DNA of 63,899 bases, filler included, from 5 parts of 5 records of this genome joined end to end with filler, not necessarily neighbours in it; one strand, 5' to 3'. Shown: positions 48,868 to 58,844, counted from the whole stretch's first letter. The notes: generated by a model not told the origin, from the sequence alone. Translations and numbers: made by a program.

Positions 48868-49686
48868 TTAGAAGGGCAGCTTGGCGTGGCGGTTGACGTC
48901 CTTGTAGAGCAGGTAGCGGAACCGCTCGGGACCGGCGTAGCAGGCTTGGGGACAGAAGGCGCGCAGCCACATGAAATCGCCCGCTTCCACCTCCACCCAG
49001 TCGCGGTTGAGCCGATAAACCGCCTTGCCTTCGAGCACATAAAGGCCGTGCTCCATGACATGTGTTTCCTCGAAGGGAATGACGGCGCCAGGTTCGAGGG
49101 TGACGATATTGACGTGCATGTCGTGGCGGACATCATCAGGTTCGACAAAACGCGTGGTGCCCCAGCGTTCATTGGTGTCGGGCATCCAGCGGATTGGCTG
49201 GTCCTTGTCGCTGGAGACAAAGGCTTCGGGCGCGGCGATACCCTCGACCGCTTCGTAGCGCTTGCGTACCCAATGAAAGCGCACAGCTTCGGTGGATTTG
49301 TTCACAAGGCTCCAGGCGCAGCCAGGGGGCAGGAATGCATAGCCCCCCGTCTCGAGCAAATGGGTCTTGCCTTCGATGGTGACGGTCATCTGTCCGACGA
49401 CCACGAACAGGACGCCTTCGGCCTCGGGATTGTCTTCTGGCCGCTCACTCCCGCCGCCGGGCGATAATTCAACAATGTATTGCGAGAAGGTTTCGGCAAA
49501 GCCACTCATGGGGCGGGCAATGACCCATAGCCGGGCGTCGCGCCAATGGGGCAGGCAGGAGGTGACGATGTCGCGCATCACCCCGCGTGGCATAAAGGCA
49601 TAGGCCTCGGTGAAGGTGGCGCGGCCGGTGTGCAGGTCCATCTGACCAGGCAGGCCGGCACTGGGAGAGGCGTAGGAAGAGACCAT
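48868..49686 (-). CDS. (S)-ureidoglycine aminohydrolase (YlbA/AllE bicupin)
   Basis: RDIVTS, ETFSQY, DMHVNIV, ETHVMEHGLYVLEG, PQACYAG and YLLYKDVNR. Confidence 0.9.
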   Translation of the reverse strand: MVSSYASPSAGLPGQMDLHTGRATFTEAYAFMPRGVMRDIVTSCLPHWRDARLWVIARPMSGFAETFSQYIVELSPGGGSERPEDNPEAEGVLFVVVGQMTVTIEGKTHLLETGGYAFLPPGCAWSLVNKSTEAVRFHWVRKRYEAVEGIAAPEAFVSSDKDQPIRWMPDTNERWGTTRFVEPDDVRHDMHVNIVTLEPGAVIPFEETHVMEHGLYVLEGKAVYRLNRDWVEVEAGDFMWLRAFCPQACYAGPERFRYLLYKDVNRHAKLPF

Positions 49687-49758
49687 GACTTGCTTCGAAT
49701 TGTGTCGTGCTGGCTCGAGCTTAGAGGTTTGCGCGAGCCGAGGCTATGGGACTTTGCC

Positions 49759-50082
49759 TCAAGCGTCGACCCTGTGCTTGAGTTTGCTCAGCATGGCGGC
49801 GGCATAGGCCGCATAAGGTCCGATCCAACGCTCGTGAATGGCGTGGACGGGCAGGGCGTCGAGATGGTTCCAGCGCTCGCGCCCTCGCTTTTCAGCCACA
49901 ACCAGCCCAGCCTCTTCGAGCACACGCAGATGCTGCATCACCGTACAGCGGTCAATTTCGGGGATGAGGTCGCACAGCATGCCGGTGGTGCGAGACTCGG
50001 CTTTGAGCAGGTCGAGAATGCGCCGGCGCACGCGGTGTCCCAGGGCCTTGAAAATCATATCGTCTGCATCGTCATTTGACAT
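49759..50082 (-). CDS. ArsR/SmtB-family regulator
   Basis: FKALGHRVRRRILDLL, DRCTVMQHLRVLEEAGLV and GRERWN. Confidence 0.88.
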   Translation of the reverse strand: MSNDDADDMIFKALGHRVRRRILDLLKAESRTTGMLCDLIPEIDRCTVMQHLRVLEEAGLVVAEKRGRERWNHLDALPVHAIHERWIGPYAAYAAAMLSKLKHRVDA

Positions 50083-50100
50083 GTTATAGAATTATAACAT
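50081..50100. promoter_or_regulatory. Palindromic operator overlapping the ArsR start codon
   Basis: ATGTTATA-GAAT-TATAACAT perfect inverted repeat in the short divergent spacer. Confidence 0.72.
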
Positions 50101-50133
50101 ATTCTCTCAATCGTCAAGCGAATGGAGGGTCTG

Positions 50134-50592
50134 ATGGCCTATGAATTCACGGTTCGAGGGCGCATTTCGCGCCCGGTGCATGAGGTATTCGAGGCCGTCG
50201 CCGATCCGACGCAGCTCTCGCATTATTTCACGACCGGCGGCGCCAAGGGGCGGCTGGAAACTGGCGCAACGGTAACCTGGGATTTCCACGATTTTCCCGG
50301 CGCCTTTCCGGTGAATGTCGTCGAGGTCGTGCCCGATGAGAAGATCGTGCTGACCTGGGACGCACCGCCGGATGATGACCCGGCTGGCAACTACCAGACG
50401 AAGGTCACAATGGGTTTTGAGCCGCTGGAAGACGGGCGGACGCTGGTCTCGATCCATGAAGCGGGTTGGCGCGAGAATCAGGCCGGGCAGAAGGCGTCCT
50501 ATGGCAATTGCGAGGGCTGGACCGGCATGCTCTGCGCCATGCGCACGTGGGTGGAGCACGGCATCAATCTACGCGAGGGCTTCTACAAATGA
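50134..50592 (+). CDS. SRPBCC/AHSA1-domain protein
   Basis: ISRPVHEVFEAVADP, KIVLTW, TLVSIHEAGW and GWTGML. GGAGG RBS. Confidence 0.85.
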   Translation: MAYEFTVRGRISRPVHEVFEAVADPTQLSHYFTTGGAKGRLETGATVTWDFHDFPGAFPVNVVEVVPDEKIVLTWDAPPDDDPAGNYQTKVTMGFEPLEDGRTLVSIHEAGWRENQAGQKASYGNCEGWTGMLCAMRTWVEHGINLREGFYK

Positions 50593-50945
50593 CCGGCATT
50601 GCTGGCGGCGTTAATATCGCCATGAAAGTGCCCGCGCATCAGTACGACGGGGTCGTCGCTTTCTACCGCGAGACTCTGGAATGCGAGGAGATTGAGGGGG
50701 GAGCGGATGTATCGTTCAAATTCGGCCCGAACCGGCTTTGGATCGATCGCGTCCCCCAGCTCAGTCGTGCGGAAATCTGGCTTGAACTGGTGAGCGAAGA
50801 CTTCGGGGCGGCAGCACAGAAGATGCAGGAGGCCGGGATTGCCCGCGACGACGCCATTGAGCCATTGCCCGAGACCATGACGGCCGGCTGGTTCTTCAAT
50901 CCAGCCGGTATCGTTCATCTGCTGCGCCAGGATACAACACCTTAG
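50589..50945 (+). CDS. VOC/glyoxalase-like hypothetical protein
   Basis: ATGA-coupled to the SRPBCC gene. NIAMKVP...VAFYRETL...WFFNPAGIVHL fits a VOC fold. Confidence 0.6.
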   Translation: MTGIAGGVNIAMKVPAHQYDGVVAFYRETLECEEIEGGADVSFKFGPNRLWIDRVPQLSRAEIWLELVSEDFGAAAQKMQEAGIARDDAIEPLPETMTAGWFFNPAGIVHLLRQDTTP

Positions 50946-52360
50946 GGCAGGATGGCCTGCGAGCGCAGCAGCGCGATGCGCTCGACTTGCGCGCAGGCCG
51001 TGGCGAACTCTTCGGCGGCCGTATTGGCGATACGCTTCTCGAAATTCTCCAGAATGGACTGCTTGTTATGGTCCCGGACGGCAATGATGAACGGGAAGCC
51101 GAATTTTTCGACATAGGCGTTGTTGAGCGTGGTGAACCTGTTGCGCTCGTCATCGGTCAAGGCGTCCAAGCCTGCCGAAGCCTGTTCGGCGGTCGACTCG
51201 GCGGTCAGGCGCCTGGCGGCGGCAAGCTTGCCGGCAAGGTCCGGGTGGGCTTTCAAAACGGCAAGGCGCTCTTCGGGCGTGGCCAAGCGGAACTGGGTTC
51301 GCAAGGCAAAGTGCAGGCCGATGGCCGTGTCATTGGCCGGCCCCATTTCGGCCTCCCAGGCCCGCTCGGCGATCCAGGGCGAGTGTTCGAAGATCGAGCC
51401 ATAGCGGGCAATGAACTCAGCGCGATCAAGTTGGCTGGGGGTCACTTCGGGCGCCTTATAAGGGTGCTCCTTGGCCCAGTGGCGGGCAATGTCGAGACGG
51501 GTGGGAACCCAGACCTTGTCGAAGCCCTTGATGTAGTCCACGAATTTTCTGAGGCCCTGATAGCGACCCGGCTGGCCGACCAGCCGGCAATGCAAGCCGA
51601 TCGACATCATCTTGGGTGACCCTGCCTGACCCTCGGCGTAGAGGCAGTCGAAGCTGTCCTTGAGGAAGGTGAAATATTCCTCGCCATTGTCGAAGCCCGG
51701 CGCCGTGACAAAGCGCATGTCATTGGCACTGAGCGTGTAGGGGACGATGAGCTGCGGCTTGCCGCCGATTACCTTCCAATAGGGCAGGTCATCGTCATAG
51801 GTGTCCGAGATATAGGCAAAGCCCCCATGGTCGGCCACGAGGTCAACGGTGTTGAGGCTGGACCGGCCGGTGTACCAGCCGAGCGGGCGTGAGCCGGTGG
51901 CGATGGTGTGCAGGCGCACCGCTTCGGCAATCTGGGCGCTTTCTTCGGCGGCCGGCATGTCCTTGTGCTGGACCCATTTCAGGCCGTGGCTGGCAATTTC
52001 CCAGCCGGCTTCCTGCATGGCCGCGAGCTGGGCGGGCGCGCGCATCAGGGCCGTCGCAACGCCATAGATGGTCAGGGGCAAATTTGCTTCGGTGAACAGG
52101 CGGTGCAGCCGCCAGAAACCGGCGCGGGCGCCGTATTCATACATGGATTCCACATTGGCATGGCGCTGGTCGGGCCAGGGTGCCGCGCCCAGCACGTCGA
52201 CCAGGAAAGCCTCCGACGCGTCGTCGCCATGCAGGATATTGTTCTCCCCGCCTTCCTCGTAGTTGAGGACGAACTGCACCGCGACATGGGCGCCGCCGGG
52301 CCAATTGGCGTGCGGCGGGGTCTGGCCGTAGCCATGCATGTCGCGGGGATATCGGTTCAT
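50942..52360 (-). CDS. puuE: Allantoinase PuuE fused to OHCU decarboxylase (UraD)
   Basis: LNYEEGGE, YEYGARAGFWR, GWYTGR and MSIGLHCR (PuuE). FEHSPW, AHPDLA, STAEQ and FGFPFIIAV (UraD). Confidence 0.92.
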   Translation of the reverse strand: MNRYPRDMHGYGQTPPHANWPGGAHVAVQFVLNYEEGGENNILHGDDASEAFLVDVLGAAPWPDQRHANVESMYEYGARAGFWRLHRLFTEANLPLTIYGVATALMRAPAQLAAMQEAGWEIASHGLKWVQHKDMPAAEESAQIAEAVRLHTIATGSRPLGWYTGRSSLNTVDLVADHGGFAYISDTYDDDLPYWKVIGGKPQLIVPYTLSANDMRFVTAPGFDNGEEYFTFLKDSFDCLYAEGQAGSPKMMSIGLHCRLVGQPGRYQGLRKFVDYIKGFDKVWVPTRLDIARHWAKEHPYKAPEVTPSQLDRAEFIARYGSIFEHSPWIAERAWEAEMGPANDTAIGLHFALRTQFRLATPEERLAVLKAHPDLAGKLAAARRLTAESTAEQASAGLDALTDDERNRFTTLNNAYVEKFGFPFIIAVRDHNKQSILENFEKRIANTAAEEFATACAQVERIALLRSQAILP

Positions 52361-52450
52361 GGATGAGTCTCTTCTGCGTCAGGCGGGAAGCCCAATGGTA
52401 AGCAGAAGCAGAGATGAGGCGCTAGGCCCGTTGCGCTTTGCCAAACAAAT

Positions 52451-52553
52451 CACCCCACCCTCATTCCTTCCTCCAAAGCTGAGGGAGGCGCTGGCCGAGG
52501 CGTCCGTGTTCGCCCTCTCTTTCGCCATTGCGACGTGGAGTGAGGTTGGAGGT
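52451..52553. repeat. Degenerate intergenic inverted-repeat element
   Basis: ACCCCACCCTCATTC ... GAGTGAGGTTGGAGGT imperfect terminal inverted repeat with an internal CCTTCCTC/GAGGGAGG hairpin. Confidence 0.35.
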
Positions 52554-52559
52554 AATGTT

Positions 52560-52988
52560 TTACCCCTGCGCTCCGGCAACGCCCTCCAGCTTCTCCAGAA
52601 ATTGCTTCCAGCCGGCATGGGCACCGCCATAGGCCTGTTTCTGCTCGGGACGGAAGCCGGCCTGCTCTACCCGCAGATGCGTACCGGTCTCTGTCGGGGT
52701 CAGGGTGTAGGTGACCACACTTTTGAGCGCGTAAAGCGGGTCGTCATTGTCGTGATCCCAGGCATAGGACAGGGAGCGTTCCGGATCGATGGAGAGCACT
52801 TCGCAGTCCAGCACGCCGCCCCATTCTCCGCGAAGCTTGAATTTGTGGCCGACTTTGAGATCAAAATCATTGGCCATCAGCCATTCCGAGATCAGGTGTG
52901 ACTGGGTCAACGCCTTCCAGATTTTGGCGGGGGGCTGGGGGATTTCGCGCTCGATGATGACGGAGCGGGTTTGGGTTGCATTGGTCAT
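52560..52988 (-). CDS. SRPBCC/AHSA1-domain protein
   Basis: IEREIPQPPAKIWKALT, EWLMAND, LSYAW, THLRVEQAGF and GWKQFL. Confidence 0.85.
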   Translation of the reverse strand: MTNATQTRSVIIEREIPQPPAKIWKALTQSHLISEWLMANDFDLKVGHKFKLRGEWGGVLDCEVLSIDPERSLSYAWDHDNDDPLYALKSVVTYTLTPTETGTHLRVEQAGFRPEQKQAYGGAHAGWKQFLEKLEGVAGAQG

Positions 52989-52998
52989 GCGAGAGATC

Positions 52999-53421
52999 CT
53001 ATTTCCGCGCGCGTTTGGTGGATGCTTCGCCATTGGCCATGGCGGCGGCCTGAATCAGTGCCTTGAATGCGGGCTCGTCGATGGCCTCGCCTTCGAAGAA
53101 GTCGATGGCGCGGCGGACATTGCCTTCAAGGCTGGAATTGAACAGGTGGTCGGGATCCTCAAGCGAGGCACCCTTGGGGAAAGTGGATTTCACCGCCGCC
53201 TTGTAAACTTCGCCGGTACACAGGATTCCGTTATGCGACCAGACGGGTTTGCCCCATTTCCACTCTTCCTCGACATCGGGCAAGGCTTCGTGGATCAACT
53301 TGCGTATTTGGGCCAGTTTGTCGCCCCGCCAGTCCGGCAGGTCAGCAATGCGCTTGTCAATCAGCTCGCCCGGCGTTGCGCCGGTGGCAAGATCGGCGGC
53401 GCTATCCTTGGAAAAAGTCAT
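52999..53421 (-). CDS. DUF1801 (YdhG-like) protein
   Basis: DWRG, IRKLIHEA, EEWKW, PVW, FPKGASL and RRAID. Confidence 0.85.
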   Translation of the reverse strand: MTFSKDSAADLATGATPGELIDKRIADLPDWRGDKLAQIRKLIHEALPDVEEEWKWGKPVWSHNGILCTGEVYKAAVKSTFPKGASLEDPDHLFNSSLEGNVRRAIDFFEGEAIDEPAFKALIQAAAMANGEASTKRARK

Positions 53422-53432
53422 CGTCCAACTCC

Positions 53433-53882
53433 TTACAACTTTTCGCCGGGCAGCTTGCTGGCCTGTCTCACCCAGTCGGCGAACTGGTCTTCATCCAGGG
53501 TGTCGTTCTCGTAGATGTCGAGATAGCGCACCTTGGCCTGCTTTGAGGCTCCCGGGGGCAAAGGGTGTAGTTCGGCGCCATTGTGGAAGGCGACCTTTAC
53601 GTATTTCGTCATGCAGTGGTAGCTGACAAAGTATATGTCCTGCTCCACGCCATAGAACGGCGTGTTCCATTTGACGGCCTTCTGGACGCCAGGGATGGTC
53701 CTTTCGATGATCGCATCGATTTGGCGGCCCACATCGCTCTGCCAGCCCGGCATTGCGGCGATATAGTTCTGAACCACTTCATCACCATAGCCCTTGGCAA
53801 TTTGGGGATTGCCGCCGGAGAGCCTGACGATGCCGTCGGGACCCGGCTTGAGCGGCGGACGTTTGGGTTTGTCCTCAGGCAT
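53433..53882 (-). CDS. DUF1801 (YdhG-like) protein
   Basis: LSGGNPQIAKG, AMPGWQ, KAVKWNTPFYG, FHNGAEL and WVRQAS. Confidence 0.82.
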   Translation of the reverse strand: MPEDKPKRPPLKPGPDGIVRLSGGNPQIAKGYGDEVVQNYIAAMPGWQSDVGRQIDAIIERTIPGVQKAVKWNTPFYGVEQDIYFVSYHCMTKYVKVAFHNGAELHPLPPGASKQAKVRYLDIYENDTLDEDQFADWVRQASKLPGEKL

Positions 53883-54099
53883 GGCTCGGTCCGGTACGAC
53901 GACGCGCGTAGTGCTGGACGAACATGAACAGGCCCGAAAACAGCAGGAAGAAAAGCGGCAGGAGCGGCGAGAAGGTCACAAGAGGCGGCACGCCGGCCTG
54001 ACCGAGAAAGCCGATGGCGACGAAATTGGCGATCACCGTCAGGGTGAACACGATCGAGGTCCAGCGATGAAACGCACGAATGAAGCGGGGCAAATTCAT
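53875..54099 (-). CDS. Small two-TM membrane protein
   Basis: RAFHRWTSIVFT (PepSY-TM-like HRW) and a second hydrophobic helix. Overlaps both neighbours. Confidence 0.72.
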   Translation of the reverse strand: MNLPRFIRAFHRWTSIVFTLTVIANFVAIGFLGQAGVPPLVTFSPLLPLFFLLFSGLFMFVQHYARRRTGPSHA

Positions 54100-54419
54100 T
54101 GATCTATCCTTTTGAGCAAATCTTCCAGGACATCGAGCCGCGCCTCCCAGAAGTTGTTCATGTCCTTGGTCCAGTCCACCAAAGGGGTGAGTGCCTGGAC
54201 CTGCGCGGAATAATGGGTTTGCCGGCCCTCGTGACGGTCGCGCACGAGGCCCGCCTGCTTGAGCACGGCCAGATGTTTCGAGACCGTCGGTTGAGCGACA
54301 CCGGCAAATCCGGTCAGCGTGCCGACAGTCTGTTCGCCTTGCCGGCAGAGCTGTTCGAAAATGGCGCGCCTGGTGGGGTCGGCCAGCGATCGGAACAGGG
54401 CATCCTGAAGGTTGTTCAT
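54096..54419 (-). CDS. ArsR/SmtB-family regulator
   Basis: FRSLADPTRRAIF, QPTVSKHLAVLKQAGLV and GRQTHY. Confidence 0.9.
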   Translation of the reverse strand: MNNLQDALFRSLADPTRRAIFEQLCRQGEQTVGTLTGFAGVAQPTVSKHLAVLKQAGLVRDRHEGRQTHYSAQVQALTPLVDWTKDMNNFWEARLDVLEDLLKRIDQ

Positions 54420-54427
54420 CTCATTCC

Positions 54428-54471
54428 ATTCATGAATGGCTATGGATTAAACCAATAGCTCATTGGCTATG
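54428..54471. promoter_or_regulatory. Putative tandem ArsR operators
   Basis: ATAGC-TCATTG-GCTAT dyad (54455-54470). TGGCTATG is repeated at 54437 and 54464 just upstream of arsR. Confidence 0.55.
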
Positions 54472-54491
54472 AATGTCAACCGTGCTTGTGT

Positions 54492-55472
54492 TCAAATGGC
54501 GCCGGGGAGCGAAAGGCCCTCAAAGAAGGTCTTGGCGTGTTCGAAGAAAATTGCCGGGGCCAGGTGCAGGGCGCTGCCCGAGCGCACCAGTATCCCAAAG
54601 CGGTTCGTGGGCAGGCCGCCATCGTGCAGTGGGCGGAATACCAGGCGACCAGCGGCAATTTCGTTCTGTGCGCCGATCGGGGTCATGATCGAGGCATAAT
54701 GGCCGCCCAGGGCCAGTTCGACCAGCAGGCGGATGGAGTTCACCTCCACCAACGGTGGCGTGATGTTGGCCGATGAGCGGAGAAACGGCTCAATCACCTC
54801 GCGGATCGAAATTTCCGGCTTACCCACTGCCAGGGGATGCTCGAGGCACTGCGCCATCGTCAGGTTGCGGACACCGGCCAGGGGATGATCGGGGCCCATC
54901 ACGGCGCCGATGGAAACATCGCGGCGAAAGGCGACATCCACCTGCCGGGGCGGCTTGGCGATAAAGCCAAAGCCGATATCGATACGTTCGTCTACGAGGC
55001 GTTCGACAACCTCGGCCGAAGAAATAATCGAGACATCGAGATTGAGACGCGGATAGCGCTTGCCGAATTCACTGATGAGTTCGGGCAGGAAGGACAGACC
55101 GACGCTTTCGGCGGCCGCAATGCGCACTGATCCGGCCCGGACACCGCGCAGCAACTCGATTTCCGACACGGCCGCTTCCATGGGAGCAGCGAGACGGCGC
55201 GAATGACGAAACAGGATTTCGCCGGCGGGAGAGAGCCGCAGGCGGCGCTTTTCGCGCAGGAACAGTTCAATGCCCAGCGCGTCTTCGAGCTGCGCCACCT
55301 GTCGCGTCACGGCCGATGAGGCAATGTTGAGCCGCCGCGCTGCCTCGCGGATGGACAGATGAGTAGCGACCGCGTTGAAATAGATCAGCGAAGGCTGGTG
55401 GAAGACCCGCGCCAGCAGGCCTGCCGACAATGCGTGCTCGCGCGGTCTTTCAGGTGGTGTGCGCGGGTCCAT
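54492..55472 (-). CDS. LysR-family regulator
   Basis: [44 protein letters not shown]. Divergent from uraH-xdhAB. Confidence 0.92.
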   Translation of the reverse strand: MDPRTPPERPREHALSAGLLARVFHQPSLIYFNAVATHLSIREAARRLNIASSAVTRQVAQLEDALGIELFLREKRRLRLSPAGEILFRHSRRLAAPMEAAVSEIELLRGVRAGSVRIAAAESVGLSFLPELISEFGKRYPRLNLDVSIISSAEVVERLVDERIDIGFGFIAKPPRQVDVAFRRDVSIGAVMGPDHPLAGVRNLTMAQCLEHPLAVGKPEISIREVIEPFLRSSANITPPLVEVNSIRLLVELALGGHYASIMTPIGAQNEIAAGRLVFRPLHDGGLPTNRFGILVRSGSALHLAPAIFFEHAKTFFEGLSLPGAI

Positions 55473-55488
55473 GCCGTTGTCCTCTTGT

Positions 55489-55527
55489 TGCCAGATTGGC
55501 AGCATAATGCTCCCAATTTGAGAGTAT
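55489..55527. promoter_or_regulatory. Putative LysR binding sites
   Basis: T-N11-A dyad TGCCA-GAT-TGGCA (55489-55501) and ATGCTC-N9-GAGTAT (55507-55527). Confidence 0.45.
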
Positions 55528-55583
55528 CAAGAGCAAGTGCCCGTGCTATTGTGCCTTTCGGGGAACGAATACGGAGCAGCAAG

Positions 55584-55931
55584 ATGGGCGGAGCCCTCAC
55601 CACCCATGTCCTGGACACCATGCATGGCAAGCCGGCGCGCGGCATGCGACTGGAACTGCATTATGTGCATGGTGACCACACGCATCACCTGCTCGACGGC
55701 CACACCAATGAAGATGGGCGCGTGGATCAGCCGCTATTGGGTGACGAATTCCAGCATGGCGAATATGAGATCCGCTTCCATGTGGGTCAGTATTTCGAAC
55801 GCATTGGCGCCGGACCCGAAACGCCGTTTCTCGACATTGTGCCGATCCGCTTCACGATTTCCGAAGACAAGCACTATCATGTGCCGCTGCTGGTCAGCCC
55901 CTTCGCCTACTCCACCTATCGGGGGAGCTGA
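55584..55931 (+). CDS. uraH: 5-hydroxyisourate hydrolase
   Basis: [21 protein letters not shown] and C-terminal YRGS signature. Confidence 0.95.
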   Translation: MGGALTTHVLDTMHGKPARGMRLELHYVHGDHTHHLLDGHTNEDGRVDQPLLGDEFQHGEYEIRFHVGQYFERIGAGPETPFLDIVPIRFTISEDKHYHVPLLVSPFAYSTYRGS

Positions 55932-55934
55932 CCC

Positions 55935-57401
55935 ATGGTCGAAGTCGCCAATGCCCTGAAATTCCTGCTCAACGGGGAAGAGGTGACACTGACCGACGTG
56001 CCGCCTGACCTGACCCTGCTCGACTGGCTGCGGCTGGAGCGGCGGCTGCGCGGCTCCAAGGAGGGCTGCGCCGAGGGTGATTGCGGCGCCTGCACGGTGC
56101 TGGTCGGTCGGCTGATGGATGATGAAGTCATCTATGACTCGGTGACCGCCTGCATCCGCTTTGTCGGCAGCCTGCACGGCACCCATGTGGTGACCATTGA
56201 GCATCTGCGTGGAGAGAACGGCAGTCTGCATCCGGTGCAGCAGGCCATGGTGGATCATCATGGTTCGCAATGTGGTTTCTGCACGCCGGGCTTCGTGATG
56301 AGCCTTTATGGGCTCTGGATGCGCAATCCCGATCCGTCGCGGGCGACTGTCGAAAAGGCGCTGCAGGGCAATCTCTGCCGCTGCACCGGCTATGCACCGA
56401 TCATCCGCGCCGGGGAGGCGATGGGCACTTACGGCCGGCCGCAGGGCGATCCGCTCTGGGCCGAGCGCATCGCGGTCAAGGACACGCTCAAGGCGATGCA
56501 GGATGGTCGCCGCGTCGAAATCGGCGAGGGCAGCAAACGTGTCATAATTCCGGCTTCGCTCGATGATTTCGCGGCCGTGTACGAGGCCAATCCGGAAGCA
56601 CGGATCGTTGCGGGCTCGACCGATGTGGGCCTTTGGGTCACCAAATTCATGCGCGATATCGGGCCGGTCATCTTTATTGGGCATCTGCAGGAATTGAAGC
56701 GCATTGCCGAGAATGCCAGCGAAGTGCGGTTCTATGCCGGGGTGTCCTATTCGGAAGCGCAGCCGGTTATTGCTGCCAATTTCCCGCAACTTGGCGAACT
56801 CTGGGATCGCGTTGCGGGCGAGCAGATCCGCAATATGGGAACGATTGGGGGCAATATCGCCAATGGTTCCCCGATTGGCGACACGCCGCCGCCCTTCATT
56901 GCCCTGGGGGCAAAGCTGCATTTGCGCAGGGGCGAGCATCGGCGCGAGATCAAGCTCGAGGACTATTTCCTGGCCTATGGAAAACAGGACCGTCAGCCGG
57001 GTGAATTCGTCGAGAGCGTAACGCTGCCCCTGCTGCCAGCCGGCGAAAAATTTGCCACCTACAAGATTTCCAAGCGGCGAGAGGAAGATATTTCGTCGCT
57101 GTGCGGCGCGTTCCGGGTGTTCATCAACGATGCCGGCACGGTGGGCATGGTGCGCATTGCCTTTGGCGGCATGGCTGCGACCCCCAAGCGCGCCAAGGCG
57201 GTAGAGGCGGCGCTGATAGGTCAGCCCTGGTCGATGGAGACCATCGAGGCGGCCACCGCCGCCTTTGCCGAGGATTATCAGCCGATCAGCGACATGCGCG
57301 CATCGGCCAATTATCGCATGCTTGCAGCACAGAACCTGCTCAGGCGTTTCTTCCTGGGGACACAGGAGCGGAGTGAGCGTCTGGCGAGGGAGGTGGCGTG
57401 A
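55935..57401 (+). CDS. xdhA: Xanthine dehydrogenase small subunit
   Basis: KEGCAEGDCGAC, QCGFCTPG, NLCRCTGY, AGSTD, GGNIANGSPIGD and YKISKR. Confidence 0.95.
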   Translation: MVEVANALKFLLNGEEVTLTDVPPDLTLLDWLRLERRLRGSKEGCAEGDCGACTVLVGRLMDDEVIYDSVTACIRFVGSLHGTHVVTIEHLRGENGSLHPVQQAMVDHHGSQCGFCTPGFVMSLYGLWMRNPDPSRATVEKALQGNLCRCTGYAPIIRAGEAMGTYGRPQGDPLWAERIAVKDTLKAMQDGRRVEIGEGSKRVIIPASLDDFAAVYEANPEARIVAGSTDVGLWVTKFMRDIGPVIFIGHLQELKRIAENASEVRFYAGVSYSEAQPVIAANFPQLGELWDRVAGEQIRNMGTIGGNIANGSPIGDTPPPFIALGAKLHLRRGEHRREIKLEDYFLAYGKQDRQPGEFVESVTLPLLPAGEKFATYKISKRREEDISSLCGAFRVFINDAGTVGMVRIAFGGMAATPKRAKAVEAALIGQPWSMETIEAATAAFAEDYQPISDMRASANYRMLAAQNLLRRFFLGTQERSERLAREVA

Positions 57402-58744
57402 TGAACAAGCAGAGCGGTATTTCTCTCGCCACACTCCATGTGCCTACGCGGCACGATAGTGGCCCCAAACACGTCACCGGCACGGCCGAATATATCGACG
57501 ATATGATCGAGCCCGTGGGCACGATGCATGCCTATCTGGGGCTGTCGACCCGGCCGCATGCCGAAATCCTCGGCATGGATTTTTCCGAAGTGCTGGCTGC
57601 ACCCGGTGTGATTGGCGTGCTGACCAATGACGACGTGCCGGGCGAACTCGATATCAGCTCGGCGCATGTGCATGACGAGCCGCTGTTTGCCAGTGGCAAA
57701 GTGCATTTCTGGGGGCAGCCCATATTTGCGGTCATCGCCGAAACGCGTGACCAGGCGCGCCGGGCGGCGCATCTGGCCAAGGTTGAATACAAGGACTTGC
57801 CTTTCTTCACCGATGTGCGGGCCGCCCAGGCAGCCGGTGGGCAGCAGGTGACCAAGCCGCTCAAGCTCGAACGGGGCGATGTCGAGGCCGGTCTGGCCGC
57901 CGCGCCGCGCCGCGCCAAGGGTGCCGTCACCATCGGCGGGCAGGACCATTTCTACCTCGAAGGCCAGATTGCGCTCGCTGTGCCAGGCGAGGATGAAGAC
58001 GTCACGGTGCATTCCTCGACCCAGCACCCGAGCGAGGTGCAGTTGATCGTGGCCCATGCTCTGGGCATAAGGCAGAACGCCGTGACCATCAATGTGCGCC
58101 GCATGGGTGGTGGCTTTGGCGGCAAGGAAACGCAGGGCAATCTATTTGCCGTGGTGGCTGCATTGGCGGCCAAGAAGTGGAACCGCGCCTGTAAGATCCG
58201 TCCTGACCGCGACGACGATATGAGCGCGACCGGCAAGCGGCATGATTTCGTGGTCGATTACGATGTGGGCTATGACGAGACCGGGAAGATACTGGCGGTG
58301 GATGCGGTCTATGGCGCGCGGGGCGGGTTCTCAGCCGATCTGACCGGCCCTGTGACCGATCGGGCGCTGTTCCATTGCGACAATGCCTATTGGTACCCGG
58401 CAGTGCGTGCCCGGTCCGAGCCGCTCTACACCAATACGGTGTCCAATACCGCTTTCCGTGGCTTTGGTGGTCCGCAAGGCATGATGGCGGCAGAGCGCTG
58501 GGTGGAAGACATCGCCTATGCACTGGGCAAGGATCCCCTGGAGATCCGCAAGGCCAATTTCTACGGGACCGATAGCGATAATGTGACGCCCTACCACCAG
58601 ACGGTGGAGGACAACATTATCCACCGGGTGGTGGATGAGCTGGAGGCATCGTCAGACTATCAGGCCCGGCGCAAGGCCGTGCTGGACTTCAACAAGTCCA
58701 GCACCGTGCTCAGGAAGGGCATCGCCCTGACGCCGGTCAAGTTC
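57398..58744 (+). CDS. xdhB: Xanthine dehydrogenase molybdopterin subunit (3'-truncated)
   Basis: QDHFYLE, STQHPSE, RRMGGGFGGKE, TGKRH and AFRGFGGPQG. Confidence 0.95.
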
Positions 58745-58844
58745 NNNNNNNNNNNNNNNNNNNNNNNNNNNNNNNNNNNNNNNNNNNNTTAATTAATTAA
58801 NNNNNNNNNNNNNNNNNNNNNNNNNNNNNNNNNNNNNNNNNNNN
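58745..58844. other. Artificial contig-joining linker
   Basis: 44 N + TTAATTAATTAA + 44 N. Confidence 0.97.

Noticed and set aside
55734..57434. 566-aa minus-strand ORF
   Set aside because: Antisense shadow of xdhA.
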